Shown: positions 9,050 to 19,423 of the stretch, one piece after another
Layout: every line of letters begins with the position of its first letter
Position numbering within the stretch: position 1 is the stretch's first letter
From: an uncultured Syntrophothermus sp.
GTDB taxonomy: Bacteria; Bacillota; Syntrophomonadia; Syntrophomonadales; Syntrophothermaceae
Assembly (NCBI GenBank): GCA_964405385.1
Contig: CAYONS010000002.1
Span: 5,019-69,018 of the forward strand
Length of the DNA stretch: 64,000 bases
Direction: 5' to 3'
The notes under the pieces: generated by a model
What the model saw: the letters and a program-made list of their open reading frames with translations, nothing else
Databases searched by the model: none
What the model was told of the DNA's origin: nothing
Position numbers and translations under genes: made by a program

Positions 9050-10717
9050 TCAAAACAACCCGTAAATTCTCCCGTCCTCGTCAATATCTATGTTGAATGC
9101 CGCCGGAGTCCGCGACAGTCCAGGCATAGTGAGAATATTGCCCATCAAGGGCACGATAAATCCGGCCCCCGCTGAAAGCCTTACATCACGAACCGTGACC
9201 TCGAAGCCCTCGGGTCTCCCCAGGAGTGCGGGGTTGTCGCTCAAGGAGTACTGGGTTTTAGCCACGCAGATGGGAAGGCCAGAGTACCCCAGAGCTTCTA
9301 TCTCAGCCAGGGCCCTCTTCGCCGGCGCTTCATACTTAACCCCTTGCGCTCCGTAGATACGAGTCGCTATGCGTTCGATCTTGTCGGTAACAGAGTCGCT
9401 CAAATCGTACAAGAACGAGAACTCAGAGCCTTCTTCACAGGCAGATATGACCTCATGGGCCAGGTCAATTCCCCCTGCTCCTCCGTCGGCCCAGACCGTA
9501 GCCAGGGCAAATCGAGCTCCCATTTCCCGACAACGCTTTTCTACCAGCTTGATTTCTGCTTCCGTATCGTCGGGGAAACGGTTCAAAGCCACGACACTGG
9601 GTATCCCGAACAGCTTAACGTTTTCTATGTGCTTGGCCAGGTTGGCGAATCCTTTGTCCAGAGCCCCTAAATCCTCTTGGTGACAAAGCGCTCGTGGCCG
9701 CCCTCCGTGCATCTTCAGGGCCCGGATTGAGGCTACGATCACCACGGCATCCGGGCCGCGCCCGAGTTCACGGCACTTGATGTCGAAAAATTTCTCGGCC
9801 CCCAGATCCGCTCCGAACCCGGCTTCAGTTACCAGGTAATCACTTAGCTTGAGCCCTAGCCGGGTGGCTATGAGGCTGGAGCACCCGTGGGCGATATTGG
9901 CAAACGGGCCTCCGTGGATGAGGGCAGGGACGTGCTCCAGGGTCTGTACTAGATTAGGTTTGACTGCATCTTTTAGAAGCACGGTCATGGAGCCCACTGC
10001 CTTAATGTCTTCCGCGGTTACGGGACGCCCGTCGCGGGCGTAAGCCACTATTATCTTTTTCAGCCTTGATTTCAGGTCCATGAGGTCGCGGCACAGGCAA
10101 AGACAGGCCATGACCTCAGAAGCTGTGGTAATGTCGAATCCGGTTTCCCTTGGAATACCGTGGGCTCTGCCCCCCAGTCCTATTATCACGTGGCGCAGAA
10201 ACCGGTCGTTCAGATCCATCACCCTGGGCCACACCATACGGTGAGGGTCTACGTTCAAGGGATTGTCGAAGTAAACGCTGTTGTCCAAAAGATCCGCGGC
10301 CAGATTGTGAGCCGCTCCTACTGCATGGATGTCGCCCGTGAAATGCAGGTTAATATCTTCCATGGGCAGGACCTGCGAGTACCCCCCTCCGGTAGCCCCT
10401 CCTTTTACCCCAAAACACGGGCCGAGTGACGGCTCGCGCAGGGCTATGACTGTCTTGGCTCCCAAACGGGCTAAAGCTTGTCCCAATCCTACAGTAACGG
10501 TGGTTTTGCCTTCCCCGGCGGGCGTAGGGTTAATGGAGGTTACCAGAATCAGCCTGCCCTCGGGACTGTTCTTCAGCCGGTCAAATATGTTCAGGGATAT
10601 TTTGGCCTTGTGACGCCCGTAAGGCTCGAGTTCCTCGGGCAGTATTCCCGCCCGCTCGGCTATGGCCTCTATCGGTTCTAAACGGGCTTCCTGGGAGATC
10701 TCGATATCGGTTTTCAC
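9050..10717 (-). CDS. fhs: formate--tetrahydrofolate ligase
   Basis: Contains [10 protein letters not shown] (P-loop) and KTQYSLSD motifs. The start is trimmed to GTG 10715-10717 (VKTDIEISQ), which has an AAGGGGG SD 9 nt upstream. The track ORF begins 18 codons earlier. Confidence 0.93.
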   Translation of the reverse strand: MKTDIEISQEARLEPIEAIAERAGILPEELEPYGRHKAKISLNIFDRLKNSPEGRLILVTSINPTPAGEGKTTVTVGLGQALARLGAKTVIALREPSLGPCFGVKGGATGGGYSQVLPMEDINLHFTGDIHAVGAAHNLAADLLDNSVYFDNPLNVDPHRMVWPRVMDLNDRFLRHVIIGLGGRAHGIPRETGFDITTASEVMACLCLCRDLMDLKSRLKKIIVAYARDGRPVTAEDIKAVGSMTVLLKDAVKPNLVQTLEHVPALIHGGPFANIAHGCSSLIATRLGLKLSDYLVTEAGFGADLGAEKFFDIKCRELGRGPDAVVIVASIRALKMHGGRPRALCHQEDLGALDKGFANLAKHIENVKLFGIPSVVALNRFPDDTEAEIKLVEKRCREMGARFALATVWADGGAGGIDLAHEVISACEEGSEFSFLYDLSDSVTDKIERIATRIYGAQGVKYEAPAKRALAEIEALGYSGLPICVAKTQYSLSDNPALLGRPEGFEVTVRDVRLSAGAGFIVPLMGNILTMPGLSRTPAAFNIDIDEDGRIYGLF

Positions 10718-10780
10718 TACTTTGTACCCCCTTGTTACGGTATTCAAGACGAATATGCCCGGTTCGTTCAACTGGGCACC

Positions 10781-11233
10781 TCAAAAGATCCACTTATCGA
10801 GGGAACGCTCGTATTCCATGAGTTCATGGGGATGGAAGAAAATCTCGATCTCCCTGGCTGCGGCTTCGGGAGAATCGGAGCCGTGGATGATATTCTTGGA
10901 GATGTAGATGCCGAAATCACCGCGTATGGTACCAGGTTCGGCTTCCAGGGGATTGGTTTTCCCCATCAGTCTGCGCACAGCCTCGATGACTCCCTTGCCT
11001 TCCCAGACCATGGCTACTACCGGGCTCGCGGTGATAAAATCGACCAGCTCCTGAAAAAAGGACTTGCCCCGGTGTTCGGCATAATGGTGTTCGGCCGTTT
11101 CTTGAGACAGCTTCAGCATCTTTATTCCTACGAGTTTGAACCCCTTGGCCTCGATACGTCTGATTATCTCTCCGATTAACCCTCTTTCTACTCCGTCGGG
11201 CTTCACCATGACGAAAGTGCGCTCCACCGTCAA
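10781..11233 (-). CDS. ndk: nucleoside-diphosphate kinase
   Basis: 150 aa. Contains [12 protein letters not shown] and NIIHGSDS (active-site His). Confidence 0.95.
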   Translation of the reverse strand: MTVERTFVMVKPDGVERGLIGEIIRRIEAKGFKLVGIKMLKLSQETAEHHYAEHRGKSFFQELVDFITASPVVAMVWEGKGVIEAVRRLMGKTNPLEAEPGTIRGDFGIYISKNIIHGSDSPEAAAREIEIFFHPHELMEYERSLDKWIF

Positions 11234-11274
11234 TCCTCCTCCGGCTGAGATTAGCCCGAGCCGGGCCTGGTGAG

Positions 11275-13077
11275 CTAAGCCCGGCCGGTCATGATGGCTT
11301 CGAACTCGTCACCTTCCAGAACCTCTTTTTCCATGAGCCTTTGGGCCACTTTGTGGAGTTTGTCCATGTTTTGAGTCAATATCTCCTTAGCCCTCTCGTA
11401 ACAGTTTTCGATAAAATTGCGGGCCTCCTGGTCTATAGCGTAGGCTATGGCTTCCGAATAGTTCCGGTCACGGGCTATGTCCCGCCCCAAAAACACTTCT
11501 TCCCGCTTATGTCCGAAGGTCAACGGTCCCAGTTCCTCGGACATGCCGTATTCCGTAATCATTCTTCTTACTATGGAAGTAGCCCGCTCCAGGTCGTTCT
11601 GGGCTCCGGTGCTCACCTCCTGAAGAACCAGGCTTTCGGCCACCCGCCCCCCCAGCAAGGTCGTGACCTCATCCAGCAAACGTGACTTGGTCACGTAGTT
11701 CACATCTTCTTCGGGAAGCAAAAGGGTATAGCCCCCAGCCCGTCCCCGCGGGATGATGGATATCTTGTGGACCTTGTCCGTATTAGGCAAAAAGTAGCTC
11801 ACTACCGCGTGTCCTGCTTCGTGATACGCCACCAGCCTTTTTTCTTTCTCGGATATAACCCGGGACTTCTTCTCGGGACCGGCGATGACCCGTTCGATGG
11901 CATCTTCCAGTTCTTCCATGGTTATCTGCTTCTTGTTGCGCCGGGCAGCCAAAAGGGCGGCTTCATTCATGACGTTGGCCAGATCAGCCCCGGTAAAGCC
12001 GGGAGTACGCTTGGCAATGAGGCCCAAGTCCACATCGGGAGCCAGAGGCTTGCCTTCCGCATGAACCTTGAGAATAGCTTCCCGTCCCTTAACATCGGGA
12101 CGGTCAATGACTATGTGGCGGTCAAACCGTCCCGGCCGCAGCAAGGCCGGATCGAGAATATCCGGTCGGTTAGTTCCGGCCATAACTATTATGCCCTCAT
12201 TGGTGCTGAAACCGTCCATCTCTACCAGCAATTGGTTAAGAGTCTGTTCCCGCTCGTCGTGCCCGCCTCCCAGACCGGCTCCGCGCTGTCTGCCGACGGC
12301 GTCGATCTCGTCAATGAACACGATGCAGGGGGCATTTTTCTTAGCGTTTTCAAAGAGATCCCTCACCCGGGCCGCCCCCACACCCACGAACATCTCCACA
12401 AAATCCGAACCGCTGATAGAGAAAAAGGGAACCCCAGCTTCCCCTGCTACAGCTTTAGCCATAAGGGTCTTTCCTGTGCCCGGGGGTCCGTACAGGAGCA
12501 CCCCCTTCGGTATCTTGGCCCCCATCTGGATGAATTTCTGCGGATTCTTGAGAAATTCGATGACCTCCTGAAGTTCCTCTTTGGCCTCATCTGCGCCGGC
12601 TACGTCTTTGAACGTGACTTTGACCTCTTCCGGGGTGGTCATTCGGGCCCGGCTGCGCCCAAACTGCATGACCCGGTTGCCTCCGCCCTGGGTCTGATTC
12701 ATCATGAGAAAGATGAAACCGACCAGTATGGCTATAGGAAGGAGGGTAGTGATGAGCCCCGTCCACCAAGGAGGCCCCTGGGCCTTCTTGGTATCGTAAC
12801 TTACATTATGAGTCCTCAGGTGTTCAAAAATATTATCTTCTTTGGGTGCTTCGGTCCGGAAGGACTTCCCGTCCTTATACTTGCCTTCGATTGTATATAC
12901 ATCGGTTTCAACCGTTACCATCACCCGGTCAACCTTGTTCTCGGCCACGTCTCGGTAGAAAGTGCTGTAGTCCACATCATGTACCGGGGCTTCGGGTTCG
13001 GATGTGGCCCTTATGGCGAAGACCGCTAGCAGGACTATTACCGCGTAGATGGCAAAATTCTTGAGTACCCTATCCAA
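11275..13077 (-). CDS. ftsH: ATP-dependent zinc metalloprotease FtsH
   Basis: 600 aa with an N-terminal TM segment, Walker A (GPPGTGKT), the SRH region and the HEAGH zinc motif. Confidence 0.97.
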   Translation of the reverse strand: MDRVLKNFAIYAVIVLLAVFAIRATSEPEAPVHDVDYSTFYRDVAENKVDRVMVTVETDVYTIEGKYKDGKSFRTEAPKEDNIFEHLRTHNVSYDTKKAQGPPWWTGLITTLLPIAILVGFIFLMMNQTQGGGNRVMQFGRSRARMTTPEEVKVTFKDVAGADEAKEELQEVIEFLKNPQKFIQMGAKIPKGVLLYGPPGTGKTLMAKAVAGEAGVPFFSISGSDFVEMFVGVGAARVRDLFENAKKNAPCIVFIDEIDAVGRQRGAGLGGGHDEREQTLNQLLVEMDGFSTNEGIIVMAGTNRPDILDPALLRPGRFDRHIVIDRPDVKGREAILKVHAEGKPLAPDVDLGLIAKRTPGFTGADLANVMNEAALLAARRNKKQITMEELEDAIERVIAGPEKKSRVISEKEKRLVAYHEAGHAVVSYFLPNTDKVHKISIIPRGRAGGYTLLLPEEDVNYVTKSRLLDEVTTLLGGRVAESLVLQEVSTGAQNDLERATSIVRRMITEYGMSEELGPLTFGHKREEVFLGRDIARDRNYSEAIAYAIDQEARNFIENCYERAKEILTQNMDKLHKVAQRLMEKEVLEGDEFEAIMTGRA

Positions 13078-13142
13078 CTGCTAGATCCCTCCCCTCTGCT
13101 GAAGAAAGTCTTAGACATTTTAGCATAATCGCGAGTATCTTT

Positions 13143-14516
13143 TCAATGAGTCTCGATTTCCCGGATTTCAACGACTAACACCTGCTTCGTTTGCTCACTG
13201 ACCACGGCCCTCTCGTCCAGCCGGTACCCAATCACCCAGTATATCTCGTCTCCGGAAGCAAGAATCGCAATCCGGTCGCGTTTCTCCACCGGCACCTTCT
13301 TGTCCACGAGAAAGTCTTGGAGCTTCTTGGTTCCTCCCAGCCCCAAGGGACGAAACCGGTCACCTGGGCGCCGGGACCTCACCTCAAGCGGTTTTTTGAG
13401 CTTCTCCCAATCGAAAACCGCGCCATTCCCGCCGGGCTTAAGGTCTTCTACCCTCTCCAACCGGCAGACGAGTTCCAATCCTAATTCTTCTATATAATTC
13501 TTGCCCGGAATTCGGAGTAAATATCGAAAAGGACGAATCTCGCGGCGCCCTATTCTGAAGATTATTTGCCCGTAGCTTTTCTGCGCCCAGATGTCCTTCC
13601 CCAGGCACACCTTTTTGTCCGACCCGTGCTTGGCGGCCAAGTCCAAAATGGCCTCTACGTCCTTCATCTCCCATCCCTGTTCGCCGCCCAGCTTTTTCAG
13701 GGCCGTCATGATTATCCTCCGCCGGATGGCCAGGGGCAGAGCCTCCAACCTGTCCAGAGCAAGAATGATCCTGCCTTCTTCCTCGCGAACCCCGTCTTCC
13801 CACGCCTTGCCCGCCAAATCTTCGAGCAAATTATCCTCTTCCCTGACCAAAGAGGCCAGCTGGCAGAGGCTGTTTACGATGTTGGGGTTAAACTCCTTTT
13901 CCAAAAAAGGGATGAGCTGGAGTCTAATCCGGTTGCGCAGGTACCGGCAGTCGTAGTTGCTGGCATCTACACGATAGCTGAGCTGGTTGGCTTCCAGGTA
14001 GGACAGTATTTCCTTTCTGGTGGCAACAAGGAAAGGCCTGATGATGATGCCTCTTTTCGGACTCATTCCGGCCAAGCCCTTCAGCCCCGAGCCGCGCAAA
14101 AGATGCATCAGGACGGTCTCGGCCTGGTCGTCCATGTGGTGGGCTGTAGCTATCTTGTCCGCCTTGATCCTGTCCACTACCTCTCGATAAAAAGAATAAC
14201 GGGCATTTCTAGCCGCTTCTTCCACTGATTTCCCGGTCAAGCGGGCCTTACTGCCCACATCTTCCCTGCCTACCGTACTCTCAATCCCCAGGGTGCGAGC
14301 GAATTCCTTTACAAACTCCTCCTCTTGCCAAGCCTCGGGACGCAGCCCGTGGTTGAAATAAACGGCGTGAAGGGAAAACCCGCTGTGTTCAGACAAACGG
14401 GCAAGAAGGTGAAGAAGAGCAACGGAATCCGGCCCCCCCGATACCCCGACCACTACGAGCTCCCCGGGCAGGATGAGCTGGTTTTCGGCTATGAAGCGCC
14501 TAACTTTTTCGAGCAA
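13143..14516 (-). CDS. tilS: tRNA(Ile)-lysidine synthetase
   Basis: 457 aa with an SGGPDS PP-loop. It occupies the conserved position between spoIIE and ftsH. Confidence 0.92.
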   Translation of the reverse strand: MLEKVRRFIAENQLILPGELVVVGVSGGPDSVALLHLLARLSEHSGFSLHAVYFNHGLRPEAWQEEEFVKEFARTLGIESTVGREDVGSKARLTGKSVEEAARNARYSFYREVVDRIKADKIATAHHMDDQAETVLMHLLRGSGLKGLAGMSPKRGIIIRPFLVATRKEILSYLEANQLSYRVDASNYDCRYLRNRIRLQLIPFLEKEFNPNIVNSLCQLASLVREEDNLLEDLAGKAWEDGVREEEGRIILALDRLEALPLAIRRRIIMTALKKLGGEQGWEMKDVEAILDLAAKHGSDKKVCLGKDIWAQKSYGQIIFRIGRREIRPFRYLLRIPGKNYIEELGLELVCRLERVEDLKPGGNGAVFDWEKLKKPLEVRSRRPGDRFRPLGLGGTKKLQDFLVDKKVPVEKRDRIAILASGDEIYWVIGYRLDERAVVSEQTKQVLVVEIREIETH

Positions 14517-14573
14517 AGCAACACCTCGGAACCTGTGCTGGTTTCACACCCTTATTATCTCAAACTTCTTTGC

Positions 14574-14616
14574 AAATAAAAAGCCGCACGTCCGGACAAA
14601 CGACCCGAACGGCGGC
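14574..14616 (-). terminator. intrinsic terminator downstream of spoIIE
   Basis: Minus strand: imperfect ~12-bp GC-rich stem (GCCGCCGTTCGG ... CCGGACGTGCGGC) followed by TTTTTATTT. Confidence 0.65.
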
Positions 14617-14621
14617 AATTT

Positions 14622-14826
14622 TCCACAGATGCCCTCAGACCCGGATATTTTCTTTTAGACGCTGATTAACGCAGATTTTTTCTAAAATAGACTTTTTCCA
14701 GCATATTGACGGAGAAAGTCTTCGTTCTCCAGTGGCGACACCAAATGGTGTCGTAGGCGTCTGTGTAAATCAGTGTTAATCATTATCAATCAAGTATAAA
14801 TCTGTGTCAATCTGTGGTCTGTGGCC
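14622..14826. repeat. foldback repeat element, copy A (CCACAGAT ... ATCTGTGG termini, 10-bp TTAATC/TAAATC units, 52-bp conserved core 14662-14713)
   Basis: Left end is CCACAGATG. The right arm is GTGTAAATCAGTGTTAATCATTATCAATCAAGTATAAATCTGTGTCAATCTGTGG. The core is 49/52 identical to 28080-28131. Confidence 0.8.
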
Positions 14827-17367
14827 CTAGGGTCCTTTCACGCCATCGATGCGGGCTACGAGTACGGTCATGTCGTCGGCGGGCTGTCCCCGAGCGCGGT
14901 CCAAGGCCCGGTTGATTATCAAGTCGGATATCCTCTGCGGGTCGATTTCGTCTGTTTCTGCAAGCAGGCGGGAAAGCCATACTTCCCGGTCATCTCGTCC
15001 CCGCTGAGAATCCAGGACCCCATCTGTTACCATGACAATAATGTCTCCGGCCCGCAGGGCCTTGCGTTCGCAGACGGTTTCGAGGTTATTGAGAATGCCT
15101 ATAGGAGGCGAGCTTGAAGTCACGACCCCGACCCGGGTGCCCCTCTTAATAAATGTAGGGGCACTTCCAATTTTCACGAAGTCTGTTTCCGCCGAATACA
15201 GGTCGACCAAACACAGATCGACGGTGGCGAACGTCTCACTCGGCGAGCGCAGGAGAAGCACGGTATTTATGGTCTTTAGGGCCACTTCTTTTGCAAACCC
15301 GCCGGTTAGCAATTCCTCAAGGAGGTTGACCACTGCCCTGCTCTCCATAAACGCCCTCTTCCCCACGCCCATGCCGTCACTGAGAACCAGAAGTTCCTTG
15401 CCTTCCTTCAGTGTGGCCACGGTGAAACTGTCGCCCGACACCCTCTCCTTTGCCAGTTGGGCCGCCCCGGTAACAACTCGATAGCCGTGGGCCCTCGCCA
15501 GAGTGAACTCACACCTGCCTTTCCCTGCTTGCCGAGGGCATCGTTTGTCGCAGACTTCGTAGGTTTCACCCATGAACAAAGAAACGGTCGGGGCCAGCGT
15601 ATCACAGGTCGCCCCATCCGTACAGGAAGCGGCGACTATTCGGAAATATACCTGGTTCTCAGCAGTTACCACCGGAATCGCGTCGTGCACCTTGACCCCT
15701 TGCTTTCTGCATTCACGAAGCACTCGGTTGCGCAACTCCTGGTCCACACGGGTTCTAAGATCGATCTCGCCAGCCAGGTTCTTAATGATGTCGGAAACAC
15801 CGCGCAGCTGGTTGGACACGATTTCTTTAGACTCGAGGAGTTTGCCCTGCCAGTACTCGGTCACCCTAAGATGTTCAAAGACTTGGTTTATCCTGGCCGC
15901 CAGTTCCCGACATCTGAGGCAGCGCTTACGCATACCGGGCGGGAAATCTTCGCTGTCCACCTTGCCTGCTGATTCAGCCAGGCTGAAGAGCTCGAATAGA
16001 TTCTTGTAGGTTCGGTAAAAGTCTTGATCCCAGCAAGTGGTATACAGAGCACAGCTCTTGCAGAAACCCTGCGAAATCTCGTCGAACAGGATGTTCAGGT
16101 AGTTTCGGTCAGCTTTGGAGGCTGTACGGGAATCTCCCTCGGCCAAGGCCAGTGAAAGCTCTTCAAAAATGCGACCCAGGCGGGTTACCCGCTCTTTAGC
16201 CATCTCCTGGATGTATTCGTCCAGGAGAGCCGCTTCTTCCTTTTCCGCCACAGCAAGTCGTTTGGCAACTGTTCTTACCGGAACCTTTTCCTTGAGAGAC
16301 TCCGGCAATAAAAGGAAGATAACCGAAGCTATCCCGGTTTCCCACACTCCCATCAAGACTTGATCCGTATTCATGACAAAAACCGAGAGCAAAAGGCTGC
16401 CCAACATGAACCCTACTATGACACCCAGGCGGGTAAAAGCTTGAAAGAGCCCGGCTACCAACCCCGATACTGCGTATATCCCGAGGATCTCCGGCTTGAA
16501 CTGGGCAGACAGCGCGGGCACGGCTCCCCCCAGAACCCCGGCCATGGTGCCCCCGCCACTGCCCCACAGAAAGGCCGCCACCAATATCCCCAGCCTCGTC
16601 AGTATGCCGGTGAGGCTCAGTTTGAAGAAAGCTATGTCGGTCAAACCCAGAATAACTCCAACTGCCAAGATGCCAAAAGAAGCCATTTCTTCGAAATCGA
16701 ACTCCGCCGCCGCCTTATTCTCTGCGATACCCTCCTCGGCCAAGGCGAAAATGAAGGTCAGCACCCCGGCAATCAGGGCTTCGAAAATGACTACCATCTC
16801 CTGGTAAAAGGAAGGCTGCCCCAGGCAGAAAAACAGAGTCTTAACCACCAAGATAACCGAAGCTGTGACCACCGGGAGGGTAACGGTTTTCTTGCCAAGA
16901 GGAAACGGGACATAGTGCATTGCAGTAACGAGCAGCACAGCAGTTAGGAGGTTGCTCCATAACAAGTACCCCCCAGGCCCTGTCAAAAGGCCCACAAACG
17001 AAAATAAGATTATCCCCAGGTTACGTCTAGGATCCTTGCGGTAGAAAGCAGCGATAAAGGCAAAGCCAAAAGGCAGTATCTCCCCGAGCACAAAAGCCCG
17101 GCTAAGAATAAGAACAATCGCCCATGTCGCTATGTTCTCTCGCGAAAACGTATCAATCCATGCCCGCTTGTTTCCAATAAACAGCAGGACAGGGATTAAT
17201 TTCTCCCTTACCTTTGTGCTTACGTCTGAGCCCCGCGGCAGAACCGGCTGGCCCGCCCGGGGTCTAAAGTCCCGGCGCTTTTTCTTCCTACGGAGCTTTC
17301 CCGCCTCCTCCCCCAGACGCTGGTACGGGTACACCTCCAGCCTGTCCACTGCTCTCCCTCCTGCCAT
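14827..17367 (-). CDS. spoIIE: stage II sporulation protein E (PP2C phosphatase with multi-pass membrane domain)
   Basis: 846 aa with a long polytopic N-terminal half and a C-terminal PP2C-like domain (LVLSDGMGVG, MVTDGV). Confidence 0.92.
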   Translation of the reverse strand: MAGGRAVDRLEVYPYQRLGEEAGKLRRKKKRRDFRPRAGQPVLPRGSDVSTKVREKLIPVLLFIGNKRAWIDTFSRENIATWAIVLILSRAFVLGEILPFGFAFIAAFYRKDPRRNLGIILFSFVGLLTGPGGYLLWSNLLTAVLLVTAMHYVPFPLGKKTVTLPVVTASVILVVKTLFFCLGQPSFYQEMVVIFEALIAGVLTFIFALAEEGIAENKAAAEFDFEEMASFGILAVGVILGLTDIAFFKLSLTGILTRLGILVAAFLWGSGGGTMAGVLGGAVPALSAQFKPEILGIYAVSGLVAGLFQAFTRLGVIVGFMLGSLLLSVFVMNTDQVLMGVWETGIASVIFLLLPESLKEKVPVRTVAKRLAVAEKEEAALLDEYIQEMAKERVTRLGRIFEELSLALAEGDSRTASKADRNYLNILFDEISQGFCKSCALYTTCWDQDFYRTYKNLFELFSLAESAGKVDSEDFPPGMRKRCLRCRELAARINQVFEHLRVTEYWQGKLLESKEIVSNQLRGVSDIIKNLAGEIDLRTRVDQELRNRVLRECRKQGVKVHDAIPVVTAENQVYFRIVAASCTDGATCDTLAPTVSLFMGETYEVCDKRCPRQAGKGRCEFTLARAHGYRVVTGAAQLAKERVSGDSFTVATLKEGKELLVLSDGMGVGKRAFMESRAVVNLLEELLTGGFAKEVALKTINTVLLLRSPSETFATVDLCLVDLYSAETDFVKIGSAPTFIKRGTRVGVVTSSSPPIGILNNLETVCERKALRAGDIIVMVTDGVLDSQRGRDDREVWLSRLLAETDEIDPQRISDLIINRALDRARGQPADDMTVLVARIDGVKGP

Positions 17368-17513
17368 GCTTTATCAGGTACATTATACCGTTAAAGTCTG
17401 GCATTATTTGTCAATACCGGGCTTGCCACGTGATTTTTCATCAGTCACCGATAGACACCGTTCTTTACTAGACGCTTATTTACGCAGTTCTTTCACAGCG
17501 GCACAAGGGGACG

Positions 17514-17579
17514 CGCACAAGGGGACGGTTCCTCTGTGTCAACCCAAAGGTTGACACAGAGGAACCGTCCCCTTGTGCG
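17514..17579. repeat. perfect 31-bp-arm palindrome (4-nt loop), REP/foldback-like
   Basis: CGCACAAGGGGACGGTTCCTCTGTGTCAACC-CAAA-GGTTGACACAGAGGAACCGTCCCCTTGTGCG. It is preceded by a tandem partial copy, CACAAGGGGACG, at 17502-17513. Confidence 0.9.
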
Positions 17580-17591
17580 TCGTGGCCAGAA

Positions 17592-17622
17592 GAAAGAGCC
17601 TGCCAAACAGGCAGGCTCTTTC
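17592..17622 (-). terminator. intrinsic terminator downstream of hydA
   Basis: Perfect 13-bp stem GAAAGAGCCTGCC / GGCAGGCTCTTTC with a 5-nt loop. On the minus strand it runs into TTCTTCT. It lies 45 nt after the hydA stop. Confidence 0.7.
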
Positions 17623-17666
17623 GCGGTTGACGCGTTTCTTGATTGGACTCCTCTCAGCCTTGATGC

Positions 17667-19391
17667 TTATAAGAACTTCTTGTTCTTCGGATGGTAGTGC
17701 GTATGCAGGAGCTCATGGGACTTGTGGCCCAGGGGCTCGTGCAGGAACTCTTCGTAGAGTATCTTGACTTCGGGGTTCTCGTGGGACTTGCGTATCGGCA
17801 GCGACTCGTCTTCCTGGTATATGGCTGCTATGCGCTCGGCCCGCTTGGCGTTGGACTTGGTAAGAGGCTGTCCGCCGCCACCTATGCAGCCGCCGGGGCA
17901 CGCCATTATTTCGATGAAGTGGTAGGGCGACTGTCCGGCCCGTACTTGGTCCATGAGCTTCCTGGCGTTGGCCAGCCCGTGGGCAATGGCGACTTTTACC
18001 TTGGTCCCATCCAGGTCTATTTCAGCTTCTTTAATTCCATCCATGCCGCGAGCGAAGGTGAAATTCACGTTCTCTAAGGTCTTGCCCGTCACCACTTCGT
18101 AGACGGTACGGAGAGCTGCTTCCATGACCCCGCCGGTAGCTCCGAATATGACGCCGGCACCGGTATATGCGCCCATCCAGGAATCGAACTTGCTCGGAGC
18201 CAGCTTCCTGAAATCGATGCCTGCCATCCGGAACAAGCGGCCGACTTCCCTGGTGGTCAGGACCAAGTCAACGTCGCGGTATCCGCTGTCCTGCATCTCC
18301 GGACGCGCTGCCTCGTACTTCTTGGCGGTGCAGGGCATGATGGATACCGAGTAGATCTTGGACGGATCTATTCCCATCTTCTGCGCCCAGTAAGTCTTGA
18401 CCAGAGCCCCGAACATCTGCTGCGGCGATTTGCAGGTGGACAGATGATCCAGAAGATCCGGATAGTAGGTCTCGCAGAAGTTTATCCAGCCCGGGCTGCA
18501 GGAAGTGAACATCGGCAGCTTGCCGCCTTCTTTGAGGCGCTTCAAAAGCTCGTTTCCTTCTTCCATGATGGTGAGGTCGGCGGTGAAGTTGGTGTGCAGC
18601 ACGTAGTCGAAGCCGATCTGCCTCAACCCGGCTACAAAGACTTCCATGGGCATTTCTCCGGTAGCCATGCCCACCTCTTCGCCGATCGCAGTTCTCACCG
18701 CCGGCGCAATCTGGGTCACAACCACCTTGTCCGGATCAGCTACTGCAGCCAGAAACTCGTCGATCTGTTCTTTCTCGCTGATGGCACCCACCGGACAGGC
18801 GTGGATACACTGACCGCACATGACGCAGGGGCTTTCCGCCAGGTCTTTGCCCAGTGAGGGCACAACCATGGCGTGGTTGCCGCGGTTCTCGATACCCAAC
18901 GCGTTGACCGTCTGGGTCACGCTACATGCCGAGATACAGCGGCGGCAGAGTATACACTTGTCAGGATCCCGTACGATGGACGGGGTAGAAGTATCCATGG
19001 GCAACCCCCGCACCAGCTGCTCGAACGGGTTCTCCCTTATGGCGTATTCTTCCGCTATAGCCTGTAGTTCGCAGTTCTGGTTCCGAATGCAGCCCAGACA
19101 GTCCTGCGGGTGATGGGCCAGGATAAGCTCAAGTATGGTCTTTCTGGCCTCGATTACCTTAGGACTGTGGGTCTTTACTACCATTCCTTCATAGACCGGC
19201 TGAGAGCATGCAGCTTGCAAGAGTCTTTGTCCTTCCACTTCGCACACGCATATCCGGCAGTTGGCTTTGATTTCCTGGTCCGGATGATAGCATAGGGTGG
19301 GGATGCGAACACCGGCTACTTGCGCTGCCTGCAATATGGTTGAGCCGTCAGGAACGGATACTTGGATACCGTCTATGGTTACGTTAGCCAT
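17667..19391 (-). CDS. hydA: [FeFe]-hydrogenase catalytic subunit (NuoG-like N-terminus + H-cluster domain)
   Basis: 574 aa with N-terminal 2Fe-2S and 4Fe-4S Cys motifs. H-cluster motifs are FTSCSPGW (variant L1), MPCTAKKYE (L2) and EIMACPGGCIGGGGQP (L3). Confidence 0.93.
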   Translation of the reverse strand: MANVTIDGIQVSVPDGSTILQAAQVAGVRIPTLCYHPDQEIKANCRICVCEVEGQRLLQAACSQPVYEGMVVKTHSPKVIEARKTILELILAHHPQDCLGCIRNQNCELQAIAEEYAIRENPFEQLVRGLPMDTSTPSIVRDPDKCILCRRCISACSVTQTVNALGIENRGNHAMVVPSLGKDLAESPCVMCGQCIHACPVGAISEKEQIDEFLAAVADPDKVVVTQIAPAVRTAIGEEVGMATGEMPMEVFVAGLRQIGFDYVLHTNFTADLTIMEEGNELLKRLKEGGKLPMFTSCSPGWINFCETYYPDLLDHLSTCKSPQQMFGALVKTYWAQKMGIDPSKIYSVSIMPCTAKKYEAARPEMQDSGYRDVDLVLTTREVGRLFRMAGIDFRKLAPSKFDSWMGAYTGAGVIFGATGGVMEAALRTVYEVVTGKTLENVNFTFARGMDGIKEAEIDLDGTKVKVAIAHGLANARKLMDQVRAGQSPYHFIEIMACPGGCIGGGGQPLTKSNAKRAERIAAIYQEDESLPIRKSHENPEVKILYEEFLHEPLGHKSHELLHTHYHPKNKKFL

Positions 19392-19423
19392 ATCTTCATT
19401 TCACTCCTTCCTGCTCATCTTCC

